From Synergistaceae bacterium (GTDB lineage Bacteria; Synergistota; Synergistia; Synergistales; Synergistaceae): a DNA stretch of 64,000 bases. The stretch lies in contig JAISYM010000085.1 of assembly GCA_031269875.1 (NCBI GenBank), positions 1,963 through 65,962 on the forward strand, written 5' to 3'. This document shows positions 63,497-64,000 of the stretch, in pieces (position 1 is the first letter of the stretch; every line of letters starts with the position of its first letter). The position numbers and the translations under genes were made by a program. The notes beneath the pieces were generated by a model. The model searched no databases. It saw only the letters and a list, made by a program, of their open reading frames with translations, and had not been told where the DNA came from.

Positions 63497-64000
63497 CAGT
63501 CGAGCCCCCCCGCGGTGAATTTATCTCTCAAACCGATGTAACAGTCGTCGCCTGGATCTCTGCCGTTTATCAGATCGTCGAACACCGCTTCGGCGTCGTG
63601 CGGGAAAAAATCCCTGCCACCCAGCCCGAAAATATAACCGTGCACCGGAACGCGGCGCGCGAGGCCGTACAAGGCCGAACGCACTTCGGCGGCGAGCGGC
63701 GCCGTTCCTCCGGGAGACACGCTCCTGTCGAGGACGGCTGCGGCGCGTTTCCCGTCGAGTGCCGACGCTACCTCGCCGGCCGGAAACGGGCGAAACATCC
63801 GCACTCGCAGACAGCCGGCTTTTATGCCCCTGCCGCGCAGCGCGTCGACCACGTCCTTTGCCACTCCGGCGGCGGAAGCCATTATCACGATGACATATTC
63901 GGCGTCATCCGTCATATAACGCTCCACAGGCGCGAATTCCCTGCCGGTGAGGGCCGCTAACTCGCGCGACAGTTCCGCGCGGACGCGGTTTACATTGCGA
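63496..64000 (-). CDS. Pyruvate/2-oxoacid:ferredoxin oxidoreductase alpha subunit, 3' part (runs off the window)
   Basis: The reading frame stays open to base 64000; I checked for in-frame stops between 63928 and 63999 and found none. DAEYVIVIMASAAGVAKDVVDALRGRGIKAGCLRVRMFRPFP is typical of POR-alpha domain II. Its stop overlaps the beta-subunit start (ATGA). Confidence 0.75.
   Translation of the reverse strand, partial: RNVNRVRAELSRELAALTGREFAPVERYMTDDAEYVIVIMASAAGVAKDVVDALRGRGIKAGCLRVRMFRPFPAGEVASALDGKRAAAVLDRSVSPGGTAPLAAEVRSALYGLARRVPVHGYIFGLGGRDFFPHDAEAVFDDLINGRDPGDDCYIGLRDKFTAGGLD

Overview
Bases 1..62496 form one perfect, spacer-less palindrome: base x is the complement of base 62497-x, with the axis between 31248 and 31249. 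A single 31.2-kb gene set is therefore present twice in mirror order, and only 62497..64000 is unique. The arm looks like a GC-rich chromosomal segment of an anaerobe-type bacterium; the taxon cannot be determined from the sequence alone. It carries an AI-2E permease, mgsA, an alkaline phosphatase, a long uridine-kinase-family protein, an SNF2 helicase plus SWIM protein, and a corrinoid protein plus a Cys-rich DUF2284-like protein. It also carries an AmmeMemoRadiSam trio, an MBL hydrolase, purS-purQ-purL-purF, an exported tandem rhodanese, and two less GC-rich single-gene P-loop ATPase/nuclease-like islands with iterated upstream motifs. The rest is an ArnE/F-like pair plus SDR epimerase, a DUF1659/DUF2922/YvrJ/M15-peptidase/sigma-factor cassette, GT2 and GT4 glycosyltransferases, and a ParB-like protein. 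The symmetry axis sits at the tip of an AT-rich ~277-bp element bounded by terminal inverted repeats with subterminal hairpins (MITE-like). The unique right flank encodes the beta subunit and the 3' part of the alpha subunit of a 2-oxoacid:ferredoxin oxidoreductase. I judge the palindrome most likely a fold-back (strand-switch) assembly or amplification chimera. A very recent palindromic duplication or a hairpin-ended DNA species cannot be excluded from sequence alone. I found no rRNA, tRNA or CRISPR array. Family assignments rest on motifs I recognise by eye, not on searches.
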